Source: Longimicrobiales bacterium (lineage in GTDB: Bacteria; Gemmatimonadota; Gemmatimonadetes; Longimicrobiales; Gaopeijiaceae). Taken from it: DNA of 64,000 bases. A program made the position numbers and the translations under genes. Under the pieces are notes generated by a model that did not search any database, was not told the origin of the DNA, and saw only the letters and a program-made list of their open reading frames with translations. The stretch covers positions 256,001-320,000 of the forward strand of contig CBDAON010000004.1 of assembly GCA_965198065.1 (NCBI GenBank). The letters run 5' to 3'. Positions 21,186 through 33,085 of this stretch are shown here, piece after piece (position 1 is the stretch's first letter; every line of letters begins with the position of its first letter).

Positions 21186-21806
21186 ATGGCCGATTCCTCC
21201 TTCCGCGACCGTGCCGTGACCCCTGGACCCGTGCAGGAGAAGCTGTTGACCGTGGCGCTCCGTCTCGTGTCGCGGAGTGGGTTCGATTCGGTGCCCGTTT
21301 CCGAGATCGCGAGCGCGGCAGGCGTCGCCAAGGGAACCTTCTTTAACCACTTCCCGACGAAGGAGCACCTCCTCACGGAGGCGCTACATCGGATGGTAAG
21401 CGAAGCGCTGGGCGAGATCGCGGGGCGGAGGGGTTCCGGGACGGAAGCGATCCTGGCTTTCGGAGAGGCGGTGGCCGAGCGGCTCGCCAGAGACCGGAGC
21501 CTGGCCGAGGCTCTGGTCCCCCGTTTCGTCGGGCTCCCCCGACTCCGCGCGGACGAGCCACGGGAAACGGAGCGGATCCGCCGGTGGATCGAAGACCGTT
21601 TGGAGGAGGCCCTCCCCGTCCGGGTTCCCATTCGCGAGATCGATCCGGCGTCCCTCTCTTCGCTCCTCGTGTGGACGATTCGGGGAAGCCTCGAGGAGTG
21701 GGTCGAGGAGGGAGGCACTCTTCGACAACTCCGCCAGTCCATGTCCGGGAAACTCGGCTTCCTTCTTGAGTCCGCGGGCTTCCCAGCCTCCCTGGAGAAG
21801 GGCTGA
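21186..21806 (+). CDS. TetR/AcrR family transcriptional regulator
   Basis: GF..V.VSEIA..AGVAKGTFFNHFPTKE helix-turn-helix. Confidence 0.93.
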   Translation: MADSSFRDRAVTPGPVQEKLLTVALRLVSRSGFDSVPVSEIASAAGVAKGTFFNHFPTKEHLLTEALHRMVSEALGEIAGRRGSGTEAILAFGEAVAERLARDRSLAEALVPRFVGLPRLRADEPRETERIRRWIEDRLEEALPVRVPIREIDPASLSSLLVWTIRGSLEEWVEEGGTLRQLRQSMSGKLGFLLESAGFPASLEKG

Positions 21807-21858
21807 CCCGCCGGGAAACGGAAGATCCTTCCGGAAAAATCTGTTTTCTCCGGTGTCG

Positions 21859-21890
21859 TTGCCTCCTCTACATTTTCGGTTTATCTTCGG
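21859..21890 (+). promoter_or_regulatory. sigma70 promoter of imuB with overlapping TTCGG-N6-TTCGG direct repeat
   Basis: TTGCCT (21859-64), 17 bp, TATCTT (21882-87); TTCGG at 21875-79 and 21886-90. Confidence 0.65.
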
Positions 21891-22212
21891 TTGTTTTGTG
21901 CCCCACCGTATCTCCTCAAGCGCCCTTCGCCCTCACGGATCGTGCGACTCCCCTCCTCCCGCACTTCCCTCTGTCTCTGGCTCCCAACCTTCGAGCTCCG
22001 CCTCGAGCTGGTCCGGACCCCGGAGCTGGACTCCACCTCGGTGGCCCTGCTCCATCCCGGGACGCCGGGGGGACGGGGGGAGATCTGGCAGGTCTCGGAG
22101 CGCGCGGCCCAGTCAGGAGTGCGGCCGGGAATGCGCGTATCCCAGGCGATCTCCCTGTGCACGTCCCTCACTCTCCTCGAGCCCGACCCGGCCCACTACA
22201 GGGCCGCCGCCA

Positions 22213-23646
22213 GAGTGAGTCCCATCTTTAGTTGAAATTGAAGCGGCCTCCAACCTCAGGTAACGTGGGTGTGCGACCACACCACGGGATCACAAGAGAG
22301 GAAGGAGGCCACCGATGGGAAGGATGCCAAGGCTCGTCGAGCGGGGGCAAGAAGGACCGGCGGCTCGGGGAACCGAGGGAGGTGAGTTGGGAGGAGATCG
22401 AGGCGCTGGAGCTGGACCCTCGGGTGGAGCTGATCCGGCAGCTGATTCCGCTGGGACTGGCGGAGGTGGGCCGGATGCTCGAGGAGGAAGTGGAGCAACT
22501 GGCGGGGCAACGTCACGCCAGGAAGACCGAGGACGATCGACATTGCCGGCATGGGCATAACCCAGGGTCGGTGCGGTTGGGCGGCCAGCGGCATCCGGTG
22601 CGAGTACCGCGGGTGCGAGGCCCGGCCGGAGAGTCGAGGCTGGCGGCGTATGAGCAGCTGCATGGCTCGCCCGGCGAGATGGACGAGGGGCTGTTTCGGA
22701 AGGTGCTGCTCGGGATCTCGTGCCGGGACTACGAGGCAGCGGTCGAGGCGGTGCCTGGAGCCATCGGGCTGTCGAAGTCGACGGTCTCGCGGGAGTTCAA
22801 GAAGGCCACGGCCGCGAAGCTGAAGGAGTTTCAGGAGCGGGACCTCTCGGGTTACGACGTGGGGTGGCACTCGTCCTGGACGGCAAGAGCTTTGCCGAGG
22901 ACGAGATGGTCGTCGCGCTCGGGGTGACGACCAAGGGGGACAAGGTCTTCCTCGGGTTCGTCCAGACCGACACGGAGAACGCCGTGGTGATCCGATCCTT
23001 CCTTCGGAGTCTGAAGGACCGAGGTCTCGACCTGTCGGCCGGAGCGCTCGTGGTGATCGATGGAGCCCGCGGTCTCCGGAGCGGCGTCCTGGCGGTCTTC
23101 AAGGGACAGGTGCTCATCCAGCGGTGCCAGTGGCACAAGCGGAAGAACGTGATCTCGTATCTGCCGAGAGCGGAGCAGAAGGGCTGGCGCCAGCGTCTGC
23201 AGCGCGCCTACCAGCGGCCCACGTACGAAGAGGCCGTCAAGGACCTCAAGGCCCTGCGCCAGGAGCTCGCGGGGGTGAACCAGTCCGCGGCGGCCAGTCT
23301 CGATGAGGGGTTCGAGGAGACCCTCACCCTCCACCGGTTGGGAGTCTTCCCCCTGGTCGGCCAGTCGCTCAAGACCACCAACGTGCTCGAGTCCGTGAAC
23401 GCCCTGGCCGAGCAGAGGTGCGGACGCGTGGACCACTGGAAGAACTCGAGCCAGAAGCACCGATGGCTCGCGACCACGCTCCTGGAGATCTAGTCACGGC
23501 TCCGGAGGTTGCTCGGGTACCGACACCTCCCGCTCCTCAGGGCCGCGATCCAGAAGGACCTCGGGATCACCCTTCCCGAGAGCCGTTCACATGCTGTCGC
23601 CTGAGACGGAGGCCGCTCCAGTTTCAACTAACTTTGGGATTGACTC
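22213..23646 (+). mobile_element. IS256-family insertion sequence, 1434 bp
   Basis: Imperfect ~40-bp terminal inverted repeats (GAGTGAGTCCCATCTTTAGTTGAAATTGAAGCGGCCTCC vs GAGTCAATCCCAAAGTTAGTTGAAACTGGAGCGGCCTCC); flanks CGCCGCCA / GGCCGCCA (8 bp, 1 mismatch). Confidence 0.93.
22315..23604 (+). pseudogene. IS256/Mutator-family transposase, degraded
   Basis: GIS.RD, S.S.VSR, LVLDGK, L..RGL..VIDG..GL, QRCQWH and TTN.LES.N motifs; frameshifts at ~22345 and ~22862; in-frame TAG at 23491-93. Confidence 0.88.
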
Positions 23647-24727
23647 GGCCGCCACCAGGGAGATCTTGGAGGTGCTGGAGGGAGTGAGCCCAATCGTGCA
23701 GCCGGGTGAGGATGGGCTGCCAGGCAGGGGAGGTGGGTCGTTCGCGGGGTCGGCGGCGGCAGGGGCCGGTGGAACGTCGAGCGAAGGAGGCGTCTTTCAC
23801 GTGGAGTGGACGGGCTGGATCGCCTTTATGGTCCTCCTCGGGCTCAGGTGGACCGGGTCCTCTACGCGCTGCTCGAGATCCTCCCCCCTCCCCTCGTGGC
23901 CGCCGTTCGGGCCGGGCGGGCTCCGGGGCTCTTCGGGGCCTGGGTAGCCGCCGCCTCGACGCGTCCGGGAAGCCCGGTCCTCGTAGCGGAAGAGGGGCTC
24001 GTCTCCTTTCTGGCTCCCTGCCCAATCTCGGTTCTGCGACTCCCGGACGAGATGCGGGAGCGGCTGGAGCGGTTGGACGTGAACACCCTGGAAGCGCTGG
24101 GCGAGCTCCCAGCTTCGGCGCTTCTCCGTCAATTCGGAAAGCTGGGAGAGGAGGCCAGGGCGCTGGCGCGTGGAGAGCGAATCGACCCGGTGCGTCCCCT
24201 CCACCGCCCCCGGCCGATCCGGGTCACCCTCGACTTCCCCGCTCCCGTGGGGGAGCGGGAGTCCCTCCAGCGGAGGGCTCGAGCGACTCCTCGAGCGGGG
24301 GCTCGCGCGGCCGGAGCGGCGGGACAGGAGCGTCCGGGGGATCCGGGCCGGAGGTCGGCTCGAGGATGGAGGCTCCTGGGAGGTGGAGGCCACTGAGAGA
24401 GCCCTCGGCCCGGCGGGAGGTCCTCGCCTTCTCGCTCCGGAACCGGGCCTCCCTCTTCCCTCCCCCTCGAGCTCTCGAATCCCTCTTCGTGGAGCTCTTC
24501 GACTTCGGCACGCCCGTGCTCCAGAGCGACCTCTTCCAGCGCAAGGAGGAGGGAGGCCGACCGGTGGGAGGTACGTCCCTGGCCGCGGGACGGATCTCAC
24601 GGACACTGAAGGAAGCGGTCCGTGAGCTCACCCTGAGGCTCGGGCACTCTCCCCTCTACCGAGTGGTGGAGGTGGATCCCTGGTCCCGGATCCCCGAGCG
24701 GCGTCATGCGCTGCTGGGGTTGGAGCC

Positions 24728-25021
24728 ATGAACCCCGAGGCGCCCATCAGGCCACTCGATTCTCCCTCACCGATCCAGGTACGGACGGACGCGGAGGGAC
24801 GACCGGTAGAGGTGCGGTTCGGGGCAGGGGTGAGCGGACGGGGCGGAACGAAAGGACGAGCGGGAACGAGGCCCGAACGGGTCGCCGCGATTCGGGAAGT
24901 CTGGCGGATCGATGACGAGTGGTGGAGGCGTCCGATCTCGCGTCTCTATCACGAGGTCGTCCTGGAGAACGGGAAGCTCCTGACCCTCGATCTCGTCGAC
25001 GGAGGATGGTGGGAGCAGTAA
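24728..25021 (+). CDS. small ImuB-C-terminal-like (DUF6504-type) protein
   Basis: RPL..P.PI.V...GRP and V..I..VWRIDDEWWR...R.Y..V....G pattern; coupled to imuB by an ATGA overlap. Confidence 0.7.
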   Translation: MNPEAPIRPLDSPSPIQVRTDAEGRPVEVRFGAGVSGRGGTKGRAGTRPERVAAIREVWRIDDEWWRRPISRLYHEVVLENGKLLTLDLVDGGWWEQ

Positions 25022-25050
25022 CCAGCGCCTCTCGTTCCGGTGGGAGGCGC

Positions 25051-25519
25051 TCAGTCCAGGACGAGACCTTGTGCGCCGAACCCGCCCCTGCGGATGGGGA
25101 TGGCAGCGCTCACAGGCATGCACGAGCGCGTGGTTTCTCGCGCCGGCGAAGAGGATGACCGCAGCTCCGATGACTGAAGCCGACGCGTGCAGGAACTCCG
25201 ACTCCTCCAGAAACAAGTGCGTGGCGGCGAGCAACGCGACTCCGGCAGCGAACGTGACACTTGGCCACGGGTCGTCGTGAACGTCCGCGTGCGACATCCC
25301 GAGCCCCAGACCGCCGAGGAGCGCCCCGATCCCCAACGCCGCCCACTCGAACCACGACGCCGCGAAGACGCCCAACCCGATCAACGGAAGCACCCCCGCA
25401 AAGGGAGTGAGGAGGCAGTGGACGGCACAGGCCGACACGGCCCAGCCCGCTATCGTGCTCAGCCGGTGGAAGGCGTCCTCGGGACCGGCGAGCGCGTGGT
25501 CGTGTGAGCGAGACGACAT
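25051..25519 (-). CDS. MerC-domain membrane protein; 3' end uncertain
   Basis: SACAVHCLLTP motif, four hydrophobic helices, His/Cys-rich tail HACERCHPH; in-frame stop lies inside the opposite gene (24767), so a frameshift near the end is possible. Confidence 0.7.
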
Positions 25520-25745
25520 GCCTGAAAAGCTAGCCAGATGATAAGTGGTTTTCAATAAGTCAAAGGTGTCCTCTGGTCTTGGGGGGCCTCCAGTCGGGGG
25601 AATCCGCTCTTCCGACTCGACGGCCGTCGCCGGGCCCGCTGGGTGCGCGCTCCATGGCGCCCGCAGTCCCGTCCCGTATCTTCCCCCTGTCCCTCGACCT
25701 CTCTCCACGCGGAGGGCCTCCGCGCCTAACCCTCGCGCCTGACCC

Positions 25746-26516
25746 ATGGACACGACCGGGGCCCACGGGGGCCCGCATGCATCGAAGGCCAGCCGAGCAT
25801 GGCGGGTCGCCGCCGGCCTCGCCTGGATCCTGGCGACACCGCTCCGTCCTCTGGCCCAGGAGCCGGATTCGGTCCGCGTCTTCGTGGGTGGTGACCTCCT
25901 CCTGGCCTCGCCCACGGGCGAGTTCGCGGAAAACGTCCGCAGGGGCCTCGGGATAGAGGGTCACGCGGGCGTCTTCGTAACCTCCGGGGGCGAAGTCGCC
26001 CTCAGGGCCAATCTGGGATTCATCAATTACGGCCACGAGACCATCGGGATCTGCGTCACCCAGCCGTGCCGGGTCACGGGTGAGCTCACCACCTCGAACA
26101 ACATCTTATTCGGCGGGATCGGCCCCGAGGTGGGTTTGAGCTCGGGAGCCCTCCGACTCTATGGGAACGCGACCGTGGGCTTCGCGTACTTCGCCACGAC
26201 GTCTTCGGCCGAAGGGTCAGGCAACCAGGGCGACCCGTTCGCGTCCTCGACTAACTTCGACGACTTCACGTTTGCGTGGACCGGCGGCGGCGGGGCCCAG
26301 CTCCTCGTCTACCGTGGGCCGAACCCGGTGCGCGTCAACCTGGGCCTGCGCTACCACGGCAATGGTGAGGCTCGCTACCTCCGGAAGGGGGACATCCAGG
26401 ACCTACCTGACGGGAGTGTGGCCCTGAATCCCAGGAGGAGCGACACGAACCTCGTCACGTTCCACCTAGGCGTCTCCGTTGAGCTCGGCCTCGACGAGGC
26501 GGAAGGGAGCCCCTGA
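25746..26516 (+). CDS. outer-membrane beta-barrel protein
   Basis: Signal peptide ending LAQ; amphipathic strands; C-terminal FHLGVSV. Confidence 0.65.
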   Translation: MDTTGAHGGPHASKASRAWRVAAGLAWILATPLRPLAQEPDSVRVFVGGDLLLASPTGEFAENVRRGLGIEGHAGVFVTSGGEVALRANLGFINYGHETIGICVTQPCRVTGELTTSNNILFGGIGPEVGLSSGALRLYGNATVGFAYFATTSSAEGSGNQGDPFASSTNFDDFTFAWTGGGGAQLLVYRGPNPVRVNLGLRYHGNGEARYLRKGDIQDLPDGSVALNPRRSDTNLVTFHLGVSVELGLDEAEGSP

Positions 26517-26848
26517 TGACGCTCGATCTTCTCTCGCTCCACTGCACGCCGCCTCCAAGGGGTACGGCGCCCCTCCGGGGAGACGCGATCGCACCGTACC
26601 GTGCGGCCCTCTCGGACCGATGGACCGTCGTGGAGGAACACCACCTGGAAGGCACGTTCAAGTTCGACGACTTCCTCGGTGCCCTCGCCTTCACGAACCG
26701 GGCGGGAGGCGCCGCCGAGGCCGAGGGGCACCATCCGGACATAGCGCTAACCTGGGGAGAGGCGACCGTGCGGATCTGGACCCATTCCATCGGTGGCCTG
26801 AGCGCGAACGACTTCATCCTCGCCGCACGGCTGGACAGCCTGGCGTGA
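26516..26848 (+). CDS. pterin-4-alpha-carbinolamine dehydratase
   Basis: F.DF..A..F, AE.EGHHPDI and WTH.IGGLS.NDFILAA motifs. Confidence 0.95.
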   Translation: MTLDLLSLHCTPPPRGTAPLRGDAIAPYRAALSDRWTVVEEHHLEGTFKFDDFLGALAFTNRAGGAAEAEGHHPDIALTWGEATVRIWTHSIGGLSANDFILAARLDSLA

Positions 26849-26852
26849 GCCC

Positions 26853-27938
26853 TTGGCCCGGCCGCTCCGCATCGTCTTCCTCGACTCCTGGCGGACCGCT
26901 CCCCACGACGGCTCCGGGACCGCGGTGGGCATCGCGAGCCTGGCCGAGGCACTTCGAATCCTGGGCCACGAGGTCGCGGTACTCCGTCCGAAGACGGACT
27001 CTGGGAGCTTTTCGAGCCGGATCCTGTTCAACCTGAGACTGCCGGGGCGGTTTCGAGACCGGCCGGTACCCGATCTGGTCGTTGGATTCGATCTGGACGG
27101 GCTCTTCCTGCGCTTCGGGTCGGCCCTGCCCCGCTATGTCGTCGCTCTGAAAGGAATCGCGTGGGACGAGGCTCGTTTCGCTCGCTCCGCCTCCGAGCGA
27201 CGGCTCCTACGGACGCTGGGCCGCCTCGAACGGAGGAACGCCCGTAGGGCGGATCGCGTGATCGTGCCCAGCGAGTATTCCGTGGGCGTGGTCCAGCGGG
27301 AGTACCGCATCCCAAGAAACCGGATCGGCGTGGTGCCCGAGGGGATCGATCTGGCCCCGTTCGACCGGCTCCGCACGGCGGACCGGGTTCCTCGCGAGCC
27401 CGCTACGATCCTCAGCGTGGCTCGCCAGTATCCTCGGAAGGACACGGCCACCCTCCTCCGGGCGCTCCCGGACGTCCGCCGGGCCGTTCCAGGGGCACGA
27501 CTCCGGATCGTGGGGGGCGGGCCGGAGCTGCCCGAGCTCCGTGCCCTGGCGTCCACGCTCGGCCTCGGAGATGCCGCCCGGTTCGAGGGCGCGGTGCCGG
27601 ACGACGACGCGGTGCGACGGGCGTTCTTCGAGGCGGACGTCTTCTGTCTTCCGTCCCGTCAGGAGGGGTTCGGGATCGCCTTCCTAGAGGCTATGGCCGC
27701 CGGGCTCCCGGTCGTAGCCGCGCGCGCCGGCGCGGTGCCCGAGCTGGTCCAAGACGGTGAAACGGGGCTACTCGTGCCCCCCGGGAACCCAGGGGCCCTC
27801 TCCGAGGCGCTCGTTTTGCTCCTGCAGGACCGGGAGCTTGGAGCCCGCCTTGGACGGGCGGGACTTCGACGCGCGCGGGAGTACGATCTGGAAAGCGTCG
27901 GACGCGCGTTCGTCGCGGAGAGCGGCGTGCAGAGATGA
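26853..27938 (+). CDS. glycosyltransferase family 4
   Basis: PS.QEGFGIAFLEAMAAGLPVV motif. Confidence 0.93.
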   Translation: MARPLRIVFLDSWRTAPHDGSGTAVGIASLAEALRILGHEVAVLRPKTDSGSFSSRILFNLRLPGRFRDRPVPDLVVGFDLDGLFLRFGSALPRYVVALKGIAWDEARFARSASERRLLRTLGRLERRNARRADRVIVPSEYSVGVVQREYRIPRNRIGVVPEGIDLAPFDRLRTADRVPREPATILSVARQYPRKDTATLLRALPDVRRAVPGARLRIVGGGPELPELRALASTLGLGDAARFEGAVPDDDAVRRAFFEADVFCLPSRQEGFGIAFLEAMAAGLPVVAARAGAVPELVQDGETGLLVPPGNPGALSEALVLLLQDRELGARLGRAGLRRAREYDLESVGRAFVAESGVQR

Positions 27939-28411
27939 ACATCGCGATCCTCTCCGATACGCACGGGAGCCTTCCGCCCGAGGTCTTCCCGCGTCTCGAG
28001 GGCGTGGACCAGATCGTTCATGCCGGAGACATCGGACCGCTCGACATTCTCCGCGATCTGGAGGCGGTCGCTCCCGTCACCGCCGTCTGGGGCAATACGG
28101 ACGGATTCAACTTGAGGAGCGAAGTGCCCGAGGTGGCGCACCGACTCTGGGAGGGCCAGGCGGTCGTGGTCCTCCACGGCCATCAGGTGGGCACGCCGAC
28201 TCCGGAGGCGATGGCCGAGTTCCATCCGGACGCCGACCTGGTCATATTCGGCCACACGCATGAGCCCGTCACCCGCCGTGTGGGAAGCGTCCTCGCGGTA
28301 AACCCTGGTAGCCTGGGCGCGCCGCCCGCGGACCTCGGCGCCACGCTCGTTGTCGCCCACCTAGACGGGAGCGGGATCCGGACGCGGTTGGTCGAGCTCG
28401 GAAACGGCTGA
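27935..28411 (+). CDS. YfcE-like metallophosphoesterase
   Basis: SDTH, HAGD, GNTD, HGH, GHTH and NPGS motifs. Confidence 0.93.
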   Translation: MNIAILSDTHGSLPPEVFPRLEGVDQIVHAGDIGPLDILRDLEAVAPVTAVWGNTDGFNLRSEVPEVAHRLWEGQAVVVLHGHQVGTPTPEAMAEFHPDADLVIFGHTHEPVTRRVGSVLAVNPGSLGAPPADLGATLVVAHLDGSGIRTRLVELGNG

Positions 28412-28493
28412 GGGGAATGGGCTGCCCCCGCCGGGCCCGAGTCGCCGGAGCACACCGGGTCCGCCTTCCACGAGCTGCGCAGGGAAGGAGCCT

Positions 28494-29861
28494 TCAGGCC
28501 ACCCAGACCGTCTTCACGTTCACGAACTCGCGGATCCCGAAGATCCCGAGCTCCCGTCCGAACCCGGACTCTTTCACCCCCCCGAACGGGACGCGGGGAT
28601 CCGAGCGCACGTAGTCGTTCACGAAGGCGCACCCGACCTCAAGCTCGTTGGCTGCGATCCGTTCGCCTCGGTCCCTGTCGGCGGTGAAGACCGCACCGCC
28701 CAACCCGAACGCGGAGTCGTTCGCCACTCGCACGGCCTCCTCCTCGTCGGCCACCCGGATGACGGCCGCCACAGGACCGAAGAGCTCCTCCTCGTATGCC
28801 GGCATGCCGGGCCCCACGCCCGTGAGGACGGTGGGCGGATAGAACCACCCGGGCCCGGGATGGACGGATCCCCCCAACGCGAGCCCCGCGCCCGCCGCGA
28901 TGCTGTCCGTGACCTGCCGGTGGAGTGTGTCGCGAAGGTCTTCTCGGGCGAGCGGCCCCACATCGGTCCCGCCCGCCATCGGATCGCCCACGCGCACGGA
29001 TCCCATTCGGGCAACGAGCCGCTGGCAAAATTCCTCGTGAAGCTCCTCGACGACTATGAGCCGCTTCGCCGCGATGCAGCTCTGGCCCGAGTTGTTCAGC
29101 CGGCTCGTGGCCGCGGCCTCCACCGCACGCTCGAGGTCGGCGTCGGAGAGGATCAGATAGGCGTCGCTCCCGCCCAGCTCCAGCACCACCTTCTTCAGGG
29201 CCGCCCCCGCCCGGGCTCCTACCGCCCGCCCCGCGCGCGTGCTCCCCGTGAGCGTGACGGCCCGGATCTCCGGTCGATCGATCAGCGCTTCGGTCTCCTC
29301 GTTCCCCAGATATAGCGCACACAGCACGCCCTCCGGGAGGCCGGCTTCGAGGAGGAGGCCCTCGATCGCCGCCGCGCACCCGGGCACGTTCGGCGCGTGC
29401 TTGAGGAGCACCACATTCCCCGCCATGAGGGCCGGGGCCACGAACCGGAAGACCTGCCAGAACGGGAAGTTCCAGGGCATGATGGAGAGGACGACCCCGA
29501 GTGGCTCGAACGTCACGTAGCTTCGCGCGGCACTCGTCTCGGCGATCTCCGGCGCGAGATGGCGCCCGGCGTTGTCGGCGTAGTAGTCGCAGACCCACGC
29601 GCACTTCTCGGCCTCCGCGCGCCCCTGCCAGATGGGCTTCCCCATCTCCTCTGCCATGAGCGCCCCCCATGTATCCGCCCGTTCGCGGAGGAGCGCGCCG
29701 GCTCTCAGGAGCACTCCGCCTCGGGAACCGTCGTCGGACGCGCGCCACGCCCCGAACGCGGTCAGCGCCTTCTCGATCGCCTGATCGACGTCCTTCGGCG
29801 TGGAGAGCCGAACCTCGCGGATCAGCTCTCCGGTCGAGGGGTTCACGACCTGTAGCGGCAT
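28494..29861 (-). CDS. NAD(P)-dependent aldehyde dehydrogenase (succinate-semialdehyde dehydrogenase-like)
   Basis: PWNFP, LELGG, GQSC, EELFGP and PFGG.K.SG motifs. Confidence 0.93.
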   Translation of the reverse strand: MPLQVVNPSTGELIREVRLSTPKDVDQAIEKALTAFGAWRASDDGSRGGVLLRAGALLRERADTWGALMAEEMGKPIWQGRAEAEKCAWVCDYYADNAGRHLAPEIAETSAARSYVTFEPLGVVLSIMPWNFPFWQVFRFVAPALMAGNVVLLKHAPNVPGCAAAIEGLLLEAGLPEGVLCALYLGNEETEALIDRPEIRAVTLTGSTRAGRAVGARAGAALKKVVLELGGSDAYLILSDADLERAVEAAATSRLNNSGQSCIAAKRLIVVEELHEEFCQRLVARMGSVRVGDPMAGGTDVGPLAREDLRDTLHRQVTDSIAAGAGLALGGSVHPGPGWFYPPTVLTGVGPGMPAYEEELFGPVAAVIRVADEEEAVRVANDSAFGLGGAVFTADRDRGERIAANELEVGCAFVNDYVRSDPRVPFGGVKESGFGRELGIFGIREFVNVKTVWVA

Positions 29862-30003
29862 CGGTCTCGTTGGTTTCGCGTGCGGTCCGGCCCCCGCGGC
29901 CCGGTCGAAGGCGTCGTCCCCTCGCGCCCCCGAGAGACACGCGCACCTTGATCACCCGCAAGCGGTCCGGAAGTTCAGGAAATACTGAAGGCATGAGTGA
30001 CCC

Positions 30004-30840
30004 ATGAGCGACCGCAGAGCGAGCGTGGAGGACGGCCGAACGCTGGACGCGCTCCAGAGTCGTGTCACGAAGTGCCGGGCGTGCCCGCGACTCGTGCGAT
30101 GGAGAGAGAAGGTCGCATGCGACAAGCGGTCCGGCTTCGCCGACGAGGAGTACTGGGGTCGGCCGGTGCCGGGCTTCGGGGACCCGGAGGCTCGGCTCCT
30201 GATCGTGGGCCTCGCGCCGGCCGCCCATGGCGCGAATCGGACCGGCCGCATGTTCACGGGGGATCGCTCGGGAGAGTGGCTCTATGAAGCCCTCCACCGC
30301 GCCGGCTTCGCGTCGGCGCCCGAGTCGGTCTCTCGCAACGACGGACTCCGACTCGAGGGCGCGTTCGTCACGGCCACGGTTCGATGCGCTCCGCCGGGAA
30401 ACCGACCGAGTCCGGACGAGCGGGCACGCTGCCGCCCCTTTCTCGAAGCGGAGCTCGACCACTTCCTGCCCGACCTCCGGTGCATCGTGGCGCTGGGTGG
30501 GTACGCGTTCGACCACGTCGTGCGCGTGCTCCGGGATCGTGGGCTCCCCGTGCCGTCCCCGCGTACGCGATTCGGGCACGGCACGGAGGTCGTCGTCGGA
30601 GGGACGCTGACGCTCCTGGCGTCCTACCACCCCAGCCAGCGGAACACCTTCACCGGCACGCTCATGCGTGAGGCGTTCGACGGGATTTGGTCCCGGGCAC
30701 GCATGCTGGTGGAGGAAGCAGTGAGGCCGGGAAGCTCGGCGCCGCGGGCGCGGAAGCTCGGCCGGAGGCCGGCCGGCCCCCCGCCAGCGGGAGTGCGGAC
30801 GACGACGACGCCCGGATCGAGCTCGGCGGGCGACCCTTGA
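30004..30840 (+). CDS. uracil-DNA glycosylase family 5 (UdgB-like)
   Basis: C..CPRL, GLAPAAHGANRTGRMFTGD.SG and YHPSQ.N motifs. Confidence 0.92.
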   Translation: MSDRRASVEDGRTLDALQSRVTKCRACPRLVRWREKVACDKRSGFADEEYWGRPVPGFGDPEARLLIVGLAPAAHGANRTGRMFTGDRSGEWLYEALHRAGFASAPESVSRNDGLRLEGAFVTATVRCAPPGNRPSPDERARCRPFLEAELDHFLPDLRCIVALGGYAFDHVVRVLRDRGLPVPSPRTRFGHGTEVVVGGTLTLLASYHPSQRNTFTGTLMREAFDGIWSRARMLVEEAVRPGSSAPRARKLGRRPAGPPPAGVRTTTTPGSSSAGDP

Positions 30841-30881
30841 GCCGCGCACCGGCCCGTCGGTAACTTGCTTCTCAGCTACGA

Positions 30882-32918
<2,037 letters not shown>

Positions 32919-33085
32919 TGGAGTCGGCGCCTAGGTAGGGGCCCGATCGGTGCCCCGCCAGGGAGGCCGCCCGGCTCCCAGTCTTGCGGCGCAGTTCGTT
33001 GTGGGGTCACCCCCCGGGAGTTACTAGTACTGGCGCCTGATCGAGACGGGAGCCGATCGAGGAATCCACATCACAGGAGGTGGAC

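Larger units (their letters stand above)
21942..24731 (+). pseudogene. imuB: ImuB-like inactive Y-family polymerase homolog, interrupted by an IS and frameshifted
   Basis: CLWLPTF, A..SGVRPGM..SQA..LC, HhH-like L..LDV.TL..L..LP..LL..FG, C-terminal L..RLG..PLYRV...PWSRIPERR; catalytic Asp/Glu absent; frame restored across the IS. Confidence 0.8.

Noticed and set aside
22855..22870. Programmed frameshift in the transposase
   Set aside because: IS256 transposases are single ORFs, no slippery heptamer is evident, and other lesions are present
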